Both the position numbers and the translations under genes were made by a program. DNA of 32,000 nt from an uncultured archaeon (GTDB taxonomy: Archaea > Asgardarchaeota > Thorarchaeia > Thorarchaeales > Thorarchaeaceae), in assembly GCA_964354495.1 (NCBI GenBank), contig CAYHAA010000008.1, positions 30,001 through 62,000 on the forward strand. The letters are read 5' to 3'. Below the pieces are notes generated by a model that saw only the letters and a list, made by a program, of their open reading frames with translations, made no database searches and had not been told where the DNA came from. Below, one piece after another: positions 1 through 9,351 of this stretch (within the stretch, counting starts at the first letter, position 1; every line of letters begins with the position of its first letter).

Positions 1-2
1 TA

Positions 3-3000
3 AACATAGGTGAAAACGCATCTGGAATGGTCGTCACAGCTGTCTATGACTACGACTCCACTCCCTATGATGGCACACTCACCCTCAACAATACAGTATT
101 CACCTATGCTGTCGTGGGCAGACAGGGGTACACAGCCGCGAGTGCAGCTGGTAATGACGCCTATGGGATCACCGTCATACGCGTCAACGACCAGACGTGG
201 TGTATATGGGACCAGGTCGTGGTCGTTTCCTATTCCTCAGGTGACTCACGTATCAATGTGGGCGCATCCAGTTCGTGCCATGTCATACTGCATTATGACT
301 ATGACGAAGCAATCGTGGTTGATGGCACTGTAACTGTCAATGGTGTTGGTGCGACCTATTCAGGTTCGAATGGAGTGTGGGACTTCAGTGAGATCAAGGT
401 AGCAGTCCAGCTCTTTACTTATGACAGTGTTCTAGCGTCAGGTAATACGTATGGCATAGATACGACTGACCAGAATGGGCGGAGTCTCGGCCAGATCTGG
501 GACAGGGCGCAAGTGCAGTCATATACTGTGACGGATTCTCGCGTTAACGTGGGTGATAACGTAAACATTGACGTGATCTTGCGCTACGACTATGATGACT
601 CATTTGTGACTGATGGAAGTGTGACCATCAATGGTCTGGCAGCCACATATCAAGGGTTAGGGGTCTGGAGAGCTGTCGATTCTGAATCATCAGTTGTGTC
701 GAACACCTACAACTTGGTAGTGGTGTCAGGCAATTCTAACGGTATCTCTGTTGTAGATCAGAACAGCCAGTCGCAACAGGTCGTCTGGGACCGCATCATC
801 GTGAGAGGATTCACTGTCGTCGATGCAAGAGTCAACTTGAATGACATAGTCAACATTGATGTTGAACTCGAATACGAATACGACAGCACTGACCTTATGG
901 ATGGTTCCGTGAGTGTGAGCGGTGTTTCCGCCACCTATCAGGGACTTGGCATATGGCGAATAACAGTTGCAGAGGCCGCTGTGACTGGAAGCACATACAA
1001 CTCTGTTAGTTGCACAGGGAACGGCCAAGGGATCACTGCCGTATACCAGAACGGGCAGACCCAGCTTGTCGTGTGGGACCAGGTGGCCGTGAGAGGCTAT
1101 TCGGTTGCAGACAGCAGAGTGAATCTGGGCACCGGTGTCAACGTTGAAGTAGCGCTGGAATACGAGTACGATGACAGTCCCGTGACTGATGGTGCAGTCA
1201 CGATAAATGGATTGAGTGCAAGCCACATAGGATCTGGTGTCTGGCGAGTAACAGACACAGAGATCATTGTGATTTCCAACGTATACAACGCAGTGGTGTG
1301 CTCTGGCAATTCATATGGCATAACGAATGTGAACCAGAACGGGCAGATACAGGAGGTCATATGGGACCAAGTGACCGTGAGGGGCTATTCTGCCTCGGAT
1401 ACCCGTGATAATGTAGGGGACTCAATCATAGTCTACGTTGTGCTGGAATACGAGTACGACGACTCTGATGTGACCAATGGCATAGTCGTAGTAGATGGCG
1501 TTACATTCACCTACACGGGCTCTAATGGCCAGTGGTCCGCCACTAGGATTCAAGCCGCTGTCACCTCGGAAACCTATGATTCTGTGACAGTATCTGGAAA
1601 CACTCATGGAATCACTTCTGTGAACCAGAATGCGCAAGCTATCATAATCATATGGGACAGGGTTCAGGTCCAATCGTATCTTGTATCGGATCCCCGTGTC
1701 AATGTCGGCGATGGTGTGATCGTTGATGTGACACTCTACTATGACTTTGATAACTCACCACTGATTGATGGCACAGTGACCATCAACGGAATCCTTGCCG
1801 CGAATCAAGGGTCCGGCATCTGGAGAATCACCGACTCCGAGGTATCTGTGGGAGATAACACCTACAACAATGTTGCAGTATCCGGGAATACTTTAGGAAT
1901 TACTGTTGTTGACCAGAGTTCGCAGTCCACGACTATCATCTGGGACCGGATAATTGTGATTGCACTCTATTCGGACGATACCCGCATCAATGTTGGCACA
2001 GCATGTTCCGGTCATGTGGTTCTTCAATACACCTATGATAGCACATACGTAGTGAATGGGGCAATTACTGTAAACGGCGTAGTCGCAACGTATTCAGGTT
2101 CAAACGGTATCTGGAACTTTGCTGAGGCAAGAGGAGCAGTTCAGCTCTTTACATACAACAGTGTTGTAGCATCTGGAAACACCCATGGAATAACCTCCGT
2201 CAACCAGAACGGGCAGAGTGAGAGCCAGATATGGGACCAACTGAGAGTGATCAGTTATTCAGTCACTGATTCTCGGTGTGATGTAGGTTCTATTCAGAAT
2301 GTTACAGCGATAGTAGTGTACGAGTATGACTCCACCCTCTTTTCGGGTGCAAGAGGGACGGTGTACCTCAATGGTTCCGCCATGGTCTGGGATGGAGTTG
2401 CATATCGATGGAGCCAAGAGAGAACCTCCTCCGTGGTGGGACGCCTCGTGTTCGGTGTGTCGGCAATCACTGACACATATCATGGCATTAGTGTCTTTCA
2501 GACCACAGCCCGCCCCGCCATCATATGGGATGCGTTAACTATCAGTATCGCAATTGTAGACAATCGAATAAACATCAATCAAGTTGCCTCTATTCAGGCA
2601 AGTGCCACTTATGCCTATGATGGGACTAATTACGAGGGGTCCCTGACTCTCAACAACACTCAGTTCAGCTATCCAACTGCGCAGATACAGTGGTACACCG
2701 TATCGAGTGCCGCAGGCGATTTCATCTATGGCATCACAGTGATTGGCACCAATGATATTGAGTCATGCATCTGGGATAGCCTGACCATCCTGATAACGGG
2801 GCCAAGTGACCAGCGGATCAACATCTACACGAATGCATCAGGAATTACAGTGTCAGCCACGTACGATTATGATGGCACACTATACACTGGCACATTAGTA
2901 CTCAATAATAATGTCTTCCAATACAGTGTTGCGCAGAGGAAAGACTATACTGTCAGTGCGGCTCTAGGTAATGATGCATATGGAATAACTGCGATCTCAT

Positions 3001-6000
3001 CCAATGATGTGACTTTCTGTATATGGGACTCTCTGACAATCTACATCAGCAATCCCGTAGATCAACGGATTAACATCAACACGAATGCGTCCGGGATAGT
3101 AGTGTCCGCCATGTATGACTACGATTCGTCAACATTCGATGGTGTTCTTTTGTTGAATGATACCACATTCAACCACGTAATTGTGGGCAGATATGGATAT
3201 TCTGTGGCGTCCACGTCTGGAGGCATATATGGCATATCGGCCATTAGCACAAATGCTGAAACCTATTGTGTATTCGATAGGCTGATAGTCACCATCGGAG
3301 TTGACGACGCCACACCCTACAATGACCACCAGGCGAACTTCACATTGACTGTTGAGTTCGCTTATGATTCTACTCAATGCTCAACATACCAGGTCATGAT
3401 AAGTAGGAATGGAACTCACTGGAGGTCGTTCATAGATGCAAACAAGTCACTCTTCGTGGATACACATATCGATACTACGTATCAGTACACCAGTACTGCT
3501 GTCACGGCTGAGTCGCTATATGGAATCACTGCATTCACCACGAATACTCTGCAGGTCACATGGTCAATTGCACCGAATGAAATCCCAACAAACGACTCGG
3601 CGCCACAGATCACAAACGCAGACGATACTGACAATCTTTATGCAAGGTATCAGTTCTATATTGTGACCTCCAGCGTGACTGACCTAGATGGTTCTGCAGA
3701 CATCGATTTCGTTGACTTGTCCCTATATGATAACACAAGGTCACTCTTGGTATGGACCATTCGCTACACTGTCTTGACCGGTTCATTCTCCATCGCACAG
3801 GGCTCAGAGTATGTGGCCTTGGGAGGCTGGGCATCTGCATCAAGTCGGTCAACTGGATTTGATATAACTTGGGTCATTAAGATTGATTGGGACCACCCAG
3901 ATTTACTGAACATCGATGTCAGGCAGTACGTGACAGACGGTTCAGATAGCGACGAGGACTTCTATGAAGTCGACTGGGATACTGAGACACGACTCAACTA
4001 CGCTTCCGCCCCATCTCTCTCGGACCATCGGGGTGACATTTCAACTTCGAACTTGTGGGCAAGTTCCACACTCATTTACTATGGTTCCTCGAACCTCCAT
4101 CCTCTTGACAATGAGACCGATGTGTGGGTGATACACGATGTTTCCGGAGCGTGGTCTGCTGATGTTGACGGAAGCGGTCAATTCACAGTGACTAACATAG
4201 GCTCATCCAGCTTGGTAAGACTGAACCTCTACACGTTCAAGGTCGTGTCAGAAGGTGCAGGAGCCCGTGGTATAGACCTCTACTTCGCGACTTCACGCAC
4301 GGACACATTTGTCACGGACAGGATTGAGCTGTATGTCTCAGGAGTAGACGACTCGAGAATCAATGTCAATACACAGGGGCGTGTATACTGGAGTGCTCGC
4401 TACGACTACGATGACGTGGCAATCTCTTCAGGTCTGGTTGTATCACTAAATGGTTCTAAAGCCCTGTCATGGAACGGTTCTCATTGGACATATGCTGAGG
4501 TGCAAAGCTCAGTCAAGAGTGTGGGGTACGCTATAGCACTGGCATTCGATAGCATATATGGACTGAATTCATGGATTCAGACCGCTCCTGATGTTTCCAT
4601 TGTCTGGGACCGTATTGTCGTGCGTACTACGACAGCTAGTGATAGTAGGGTGGGTGTCAGCGAAGCTGTCGAGGTGAGGGTCACCCTCTGGCTGGAGTAT
4701 GACCACACATTCCTCGGTCTTGGGGACTCTGTTACCTTTAACGGTCTGAGCATGACATGGGACACTGCTAACTCGTGGTTTGAACTGAGCCGGAGTCAGT
4801 CAGAAGTAGGTCGATGGATATACTATGTGAACGCTTCAGCTCAGTCGGTTCATGGGATAACAGCGCTAAGTCTTGATGGACGCAGCGTCAATATCATCTG
4901 GGATAGAGTCGTGGTTTCTGCGATTTCAGTGAGCGATGGAAGGGTCAGCACTGGGAGTTCTGTGGAGATACGTGTCAGACTATGGCTGGAGTATGATCAG
5001 TCGAGTCTAGGATCGGGCGATGGTGTTACTCTGGATGGCGTCCTAATGGCATGGGACCCCGGCAGCTTTTGGTTCGAACTTGCAAGGACCCAGTCCTCCG
5101 TTGGCAAATGGTCCTACTTTGTCAATGCTTCGACGGAGACCACTTATGGCATCAGCGCTCTCAATCTCAACGGCATGGTCATCCAGTGTATTTGGGACCA
5201 AGTCCTGGTAACATCATATACTTCTGATGACCAACGTATCAATATCGGAACAGCTTGTTTGTGTCATGTCATGCTGCAGTTCAGCTACGATGGTACCTAC
5301 GTGACTAATGGCATAGTGGCTGTAAACGGTGTAACGGCCGTCTATTCCGGAGCCAGCGGAATCTGGGACTTTAGCGAACTGAGGACAAGTGTACAGTCAT
5401 CCACCTATAACACAGTGATTGCTTCTGGCAACACTCATGGTATCGACTCAGTCAACCAGAATGGTCAGTCTCTATATCAGGTCTGGGACAGAATCATTGT
5501 CGAATCCTATTCCGTCACAGATTCACGAGTCAATATGGGTGACATTGTGACAATCGAGATAGCTCTTATCTACGACTTCGACAACGCACCTATGGTAGAT
5601 GGCTCGGTAACAGTGAACACGATAGGGGCCACTCACGTAGGATCTGGACTATGGCAAATCTCCCATAGCGAGTCGAGTATTATCAGTCGCGTCTACAACA
5701 GTGTGACCGTCTCAGGCAATTCCTTTGGCATCTTACAGATCAGTCAGAATGGGCAATCACAGACTGTAGTATGGGACCAGATAACTGTCAGAGGATACTC
5801 GGTCACGGATGGTCGAGCAAATCTAAACGATGTCGTCTATATCTATGTCAATCTTGAGTATGAGTATGATGATACAGATGTGTTAGATGGTTTGGTGAGT
5901 ATCAATGGAGCTCCGGCGACGTACACTGGACTTGGCATTTGGAGGATTACCGCCTCGGAATCAATAGTCACATCCAATACTTATGATCTAGTAGTCTGTA

Positions 6001-8834
6001 CCGACAATCAATATGGAATAACAAGCGCAAACCAGAACCTTCAATCACAATTCGTTGTATGGGACAGAATCAGAGTCATTATGTACGAATCGGGCGACCC
6101 TAGGAACAACATCGGGTCGTATACCTGGATTAGAGTCACTCTCCACTATGAATTCGATGACTCGCCAGTGACAGACGGTACAGTCAGTGTCAATGGCTAT
6201 GGCTTTGCCCACCTTGAAGCGGGCATCTGGCAGCATAATCGGACTGAGTTGTCAGCCATTGGAAGACTCTTTGATTCTGTTGCCTGTGGAAACAATGAGT
6301 ATCTTATCACAGCGGTCAACCAGAACTCTCAATGGATGAACATCATATGGGACTCCATAGCTGTGAGCCTGACAATTCTGGACCACAGGATTGATGTTGG
6401 AGATAACGCTTCAATCTATATGACTGCTGTCTACGATTATGATGGAGCACTCTATGATGGGTTCCTTGTTCTCAATGATACAACATACATGCATGATGAA
6501 GTCGGTCGATGGTCGTACACAATCGCTACCGCTGCCGGTGACTCTTATGGCATTGATGTGATATCCGTCAATGATGAGGACTATGTCATTTGGGATCGAC
6601 TTCACGTGTTGCCGTATGCAGTTTCAGACGAACGCTGCGACGTAGGAACAACTCAATCCATCTATGTGACCGTAGAATATGAATACGACTCGACAATTTT
6701 CACAGGGTCGCTCGGAACCGTCTATTTAAACGGTACAAGCATGATTTGGAATCAGTCGCTCATGAACTGGTATCAGAACAGAGTATACATGGTAACCGGA
6801 CGATGGCTGTTCGGAGTAACGGGAATCACTGACGACCTTCATGAACTTACTGTGATAAACCATCAGGCCACCCCAGCTTCTATAATCTGGGATAAGATTG
6901 AAGTCTTGTTGAGTGCTGATGCGCTCATTGTCAATTGGCATACACGGGTGAACTTCACGCTCACTGCCACTAGGGACTATGATGGCAGTCGAGTTCAACT
7001 GCTCACAACTTCGGTGAACCGAAACGGATCGTTCCTTGTGATCGGCAATTTCTCTGATATGTGGGATGGCCCAGTTGATGTCATCTGGATCTACACCGTG
7101 ATTAGCGCGAACGATGATCAATATGGACTGCAATCTTTCAGTGCGAATCTCTTGACAGTCACATGGACTGAGCGTCCTGTGGTTGTCATTGACATGGCCT
7201 TCGCAAGTGATGTGGATGGAAGAACGAATATTGGTAGTGAAGTGACTGTCTTCTTCCACTGCAAATGGTCGACAAATGGAAGCACTCCTAGCATGGGGCT
7301 GATCCTCGTCAACATGACGCCCCATGGAATCAATGGCAGTGGCTGGGTCTATTTCACTTGGGCAAGTGCAAGTGTCATTCGCCTCGTCTGGAGCGTCACA
7401 GGAGTCGATGTGAATGGGATAACGCAATACGATCAGCGTGTCATATCGCCATCGATGATATGGGATAGTCTAAGAGTATCGCTCGTCATTGCTGATAACC
7501 GGATTAACGTTGGAGAGAACGCAACGATTTTGGTTTCAGCCATCTATGCCTTCGATGGCACTCCCTATGATGGAGTCATCACACTGAATAACACAGTCTA
7601 TCAGTACGGCACAGTAGGTCGTCGTGGGTACACCGCTTCAGTCGGCTCAGGTGGAATTCACGGCATCACAGTGATCGTATATAGTGATGAAGAATACATC
7701 ATCTGGGACTCACTTCGAGTATATGTCCTGAATAATAGTGTGCATATCAATGTCGGTCGAAATGCCTCTATCCAGGTCTATGCGCTCTATGACTATGATG
7801 GTAAGACGTATGACGGAGTGATAACTCTGAATGACACAGTGTACATCCTTTACTCTGTTGGAAGAAAGGGTTACACATGTGCGTCAGTCAGTGGTGACAC
7901 CTACAATATTACACGGATTCGGTTGAGTGGACGCATCTATGTCACTTGGGACTCAATCACAGTGAGAGTAATAGTTGATGACGACTACATCACCATTGGA
8001 ACCAATGCATCCATCTCGGTCCGTGGAACGTTTGACTACGACGGTTCACCATACACAGGAGTACTGAGGCTCAACGACACTACCTATCAGTATGACACTG
8101 TGGGCCGCAGAGCATACATGTGCACCTCAGCCACCCCACAAGGTCATGGTGTTACTCTCATCAGTAGCACCGATGTTGAGTATATCATCTGGGATCAGCT
8201 TGAGGTGTTTTGGAGCGAATCTCAGCGGATTCGTGCCGACCTTAGTCAACAAGTCGATGTTATGTTCCGCATACGAAGATCCTATGATGGCTCGCCGTTC
8301 ACAGATAGTGATGGAGAGATATATATCGATGGCGTAGAGGCTACGTTCCTCTCGACAGAGGGTTACTGGTATATCACTGTGACCTCAAGTGAGGTCAACA
8401 ATCATAGCTATAGTGTCACAGGGCACCTAGATCTGGTTGGGGGCATAGTGGCAATAGATGGGGCGACTGAGTTCACATGCACAACCACCTGGGATTTGAT
8501 TTACGTATCACGCGCAGGAGTTTGGGGCAGTGCCCCAGCTTTTGACCCAGAAATTGATTCACCAGCGGGACGGGTACTGCAATGCGAGTTGGACTGGGCA
8601 GTCACAGTCTACTTCTACCTGAATTATATGTCAGATGGTGCAGCACTCTCGGATCCCGACACAACTGTGATTGTCAATGGACAAAACGCAGTCTTTGTCG
8701 TGGAGAGGCAGAGATGGGAACTCATCGTAACATCACAAGGGCTTGGAACTAAGCAATACATGATAGAGGAGATCATGGACTCGTATGGTCTGACCCAAGT
8801 GGATCACCGAGGGTTATATCCGATTATCAATTGG
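3..8834 (+). repeat. Tandem array of about 29 diverged protein-domain repeats (mostly 81-84 aa and 96-100 aa classes), probably Ig-like beta-sandwiches
   Basis: Terminal W(D) anchor codons (F at 3273) at 207, 498, 786, 1074, 1362, 1653, 1941, 2232, 2526, 2772, 3024, 3273, 3561, then after the module 4605, 4899, 5193, 5484, 5772, 6060, 6348, 6591, 6888, 7164, 7461, 7704, 7947, 8190, 8490, 8832. Consensus D-x-R-I/V-N-V-G ... Y-D/E-Y-D ... G-x-V-T-x-N ... Y/H-G-I ... I-W-D. The Ig-like fold is inferred from the alternating beta pattern and repeat length. Confidence 0.85.
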
Positions 8835-9257
8835 TTCCCTGTGCGCACTGCAATGGGAATCGCGACGTTTGGAGTGATAGGACTAATCGGAGTCGGAGCC
8901 GCACTATTCATCAGGCGCACAAGGAGGAGAGTTGCGGCTCTTGAGAAGGCATTAGGTCCTGAACGAGTGATGTCAATGGAGGAGGCAGAACTCCCCGTGA
9001 AGGTACGGGAGGAGATTCTCGCAAGTCTTGATTGGCTGAGAGAACTTCAAGAACAGATTCCTGCAATGGACACGAAGGTACTCCTCTCAGTGAAAGAAGA
9101 GCTGCGAAATGCGTATGGTTTGTATGTCAAGGCATTCGGCGAAGCTATATATGAGGAATATCTTACCGACCCTGGACTGAAGCTAAAGCAGGCTCTAGTC
9201 AAGCGGATTGAAGTTCTGGTTCAGATTGTGAATAGGGAGTTGAACGCAAGAGCATAA
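3..9257 (+). CDS. Giant repeat-rich cell-surface/adhesin-like type I membrane protein, 5'-truncated (>3080 aa)
   Basis: The frame is open from nt 3 (NIGENASG-MVVTAVYDYD, which matches the internal repeat consensus RINVGENAT...YDYD), so ATG27 is not the true start. About 29 beta-rich repeats, a ~245-aa non-repeat module (3585-4319), one TM helix (MGIATFGVIGLIGVGAALFI, 8853-8912) followed by RRTRRR, and a 114-aa helical tail. Confidence 0.9.
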   Translation, partial: NIGENASGMVVTAVYDYDSTPYDGTLTLNNTVFTYAVVGRQGYTAASAAGNDAYGITVIRVNDQTWCIWDQVVVVSYSSGDSRINVGASSSCHVILHYDYDEAIVVDGTVTVNGVGATYSGSNGVWDFSEIKVAVQLFTYDSVLASGNTYGIDTTDQNGRSLGQIWDRAQVQSYTVTDSRVNVGDNVNIDVILRYDYDDSFVTDGSVTINGLAATYQGLGVWRAVDSESSVVSNTYNLVVVSGNSNGISVVDQNSQSQQVVWDRIIVRGFTVVDARVNLNDIVNIDVELEYEYDSTDLMDGSVSVSGVSATYQGLGIWRITVAEAAVTGSTYNSVSCTGNGQGITAVYQNGQTQLVVWDQVAVRGYSVADSRVNLGTGVNVEVALEYEYDDSPVTDGAVTINGLSASHIGSGVWRVTDTEIIVISNVYNAVVCSGNSYGITNVNQNGQIQEVIWDQVTVRGYSASDTRDNVGDSIIVYVVLEYEYDDSDVTNGIVVVDGVTFTYTGSNGQWSATRIQAAVTSETYDSVTVSGNTHGITSVNQNAQAIIIIWDRVQVQSYLVSDPRVNVGDGVIVDVTLYYDFDNSPLIDGTVTINGILAANQGSGIWRITDSEVSVGDNTYNNVAVSGNTLGITVVDQSSQSTTIIWDRIIVIALYSDDTRINVGTACSGHVVLQYTYDSTYVVNGAITVNGVVATYSGSNGIWNFAEARGAVQLFTYNSVVASGNTHGITSVNQNGQSESQIWDQLRVISYSVTDSRCDVGSIQNVTAIVVYEYDSTLFSGARGTVYLNGSAMVWDGVAYRWSQERTSSVVGRLVFGVSAITDTYHGISVFQTTARPAIIWDALTISIAIVDNRININQVASIQASATYAYDGTNYEGSLTLNNTQFSYPTAQIQWYTVSSAAGDFIYGITVIGTNDIESCIWDSLTILITGPSDQRINIYTNASGITVSATYDYDGTLYTGTLVLNNNVFQYSVAQRKDYTVSAALGNDAYGITAISSNDVTFCIWDSLTIYISNPVDQRININTNASGIVVSAMYDYDSSTFDGVLLLNDTTFNHVIVGRYGYSVASTSGGIYGISAISTNAETYCVFDRLIVTIGVDDATPYNDHQANFTLTVEFAYDSTQCSTYQVMISRNGTHWRSFIDANKSLFVDTHIDTTYQYTSTAVTAESLYGITAFTTNTLQVTWSIAPNEIPTNDSAPQITNADDTDNLYARYQFYIVTSSVTDLDGSADIDFVDLSLYDNTRSLLVWTIRYTVLTGSFSIAQGSEYVALGGWASASSRSTGFDITWVIKIDWDHPDLLNIDVRQYVTDGSDSDEDFYEVDWDTETRLNYASAPSLSDHRGDISTSNLWASSTLIYYGSSNLHPLDNETDVWVIHDVSGAWSADVDGSGQFTVTNIGSSSLVRLNLYTFKVVSEGAGARGIDLYFATSRTDTFVTDRIELYVSGVDDSRINVNTQGRVYWSARYDYDDVAISSGLVVSLNGSKALSWNGSHWTYAEVQSSVKSVGYAIALAFDSIYGLNSWIQTAPDVSIVWDRIVVRTTTASDSRVGVSEAVEVRVTLWLEYDHTFLGLGDSVTFNGLSMTWDTANSWFELSRSQSEVGRWIYYVNASAQSVHGITALSLDGRSVNIIWDRVVVSAISVSDGRVSTGSSVEIRVRLWLEYDQSSLGSGDGVTLDGVLMAWDPGSFWFELARTQSSVGKWSYFVNASTETTYGISALNLNGMVIQCIWDQVLVTSYTSDDQRINIGTACLCHVMLQFSYDGTYVTNGIVAVNGVTAVYSGASGIWDFSELRTSVQSSTYNTVIASGNTHGIDSVNQNGQSLYQVWDRIIVESYSVTDSRVNMGDIVTIEIALIYDFDNAPMVDGSVTVNTIGATHVGSGLWQISHSESSIISRVYNSVTVSGNSFGILQISQNGQSQTVVWDQITVRGYSVTDGRANLNDVVYIYVNLEYEYDDTDVLDGLVSINGAPATYTGLGIWRITASESIVTSNTYDLVVCTDNQYGITSANQNLQSQFVVWDRIRVIMYESGDPRNNIGSYTWIRVTLHYEFDDSPVTDGTVSVNGYGFAHLEAGIWQHNRTELSAIGRLFDSVACGNNEYLITAVNQNSQWMNIIWDSIAVSLTILDHRIDVGDNASIYMTAVYDYDGALYDGFLVLNDTTYMHDEVGRWSYTIATAAGDSYGIDVISVNDEDYVIWDRLHVLPYAVSDERCDVGTTQSIYVTVEYEYDSTIFTGSLGTVYLNGTSMIWNQSLMNWYQNRVYMVTGRWLFGVTGITDDLHELTVINHQATPASIIWDKIEVLLSADALIVNWHTRVNFTLTATRDYDGSRVQLLTTSVNRNGSFLVIGNFSDMWDGPVDVIWIYTVISANDDQYGLQSFSANLLTVTWTERPVVVIDMAFASDVDGRTNIGSEVTVFFHCKWSTNGSTPSMGLILVNMTPHGINGSGWVYFTWASASVIRLVWSVTGVDVNGITQYDQRVISPSMIWDSLRVSLVIADNRINVGENATILVSAIYAFDGTPYDGVITLNNTVYQYGTVGRRGYTASVGSGGIHGITVIVYSDEEYIIWDSLRVYVLNNSVHINVGRNASIQVYALYDYDGKTYDGVITLNDTVYILYSVGRKGYTCASVSGDTYNITRIRLSGRIYVTWDSITVRVIVDDDYITIGTNASISVRGTFDYDGSPYTGVLRLNDTTYQYDTVGRRAYMCTSATPQGHGVTLISSTDVEYIIWDQLEVFWSESQRIRADLSQQVDVMFRIRRSYDGSPFTDSDGEIYIDGVEATFLSTEGYWYITVTSSEVNNHSYSVTGHLDLVGGIVAIDGATEFTCTTTWDLIYVSRAGVWGSAPAFDPEIDSPAGRVLQCELDWAVTVYFYLNYMSDGAALSDPDTTVIVNGQNAVFVVERQRWELIVTSQGLGTKQYMIEEIMDSYGLTQVDHRGLYPIINWFPVRTAMGIATFGVIGLIGVGAALFIRRTRRRVAALEKALGPERVMSMEEAELPVKVREEILASLDWLRELQEQIPAMDTKVLLSVKEELRNAYGLYVKAFGEAIYEEYLTDPGLKLKQALVKRIEVLVQIVNRELNARA

Positions 9258-9351
9258 CGACATCGGCCGCAGGAGCATCACTAAATGAGAGATTGTTCTT
9301 GGAGGCTCATTAGAAACGGTAAGGGCGACTCATTCCAGATTCAGCAGTAGG

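Noticed and set aside
27-29. ATG27 as the start of the giant protein
   Set aside because: The frame is open to the window edge, the preceding codons (NIGENASG) continue the repeat consensus, and no signal peptide follows.
726-8337. Many 60-233 aa antisense or alternative-frame ORFs inside the giant gene (for example 726-1226, 6726-7427)
   Set aside because: They are shadows of a long biased coding strand with no recognisable motifs.
207-8834. Regular ~290-nt periodicity as a CRISPR array, DNA tandem repeat or diversity-generating retroelement target
   Set aside because: The periodicity is at protein level with heavy synonymous divergence. No identical direct repeats with spacers, no adenine-specific TR/VR pair and no reverse transcriptase or cas genes were seen.
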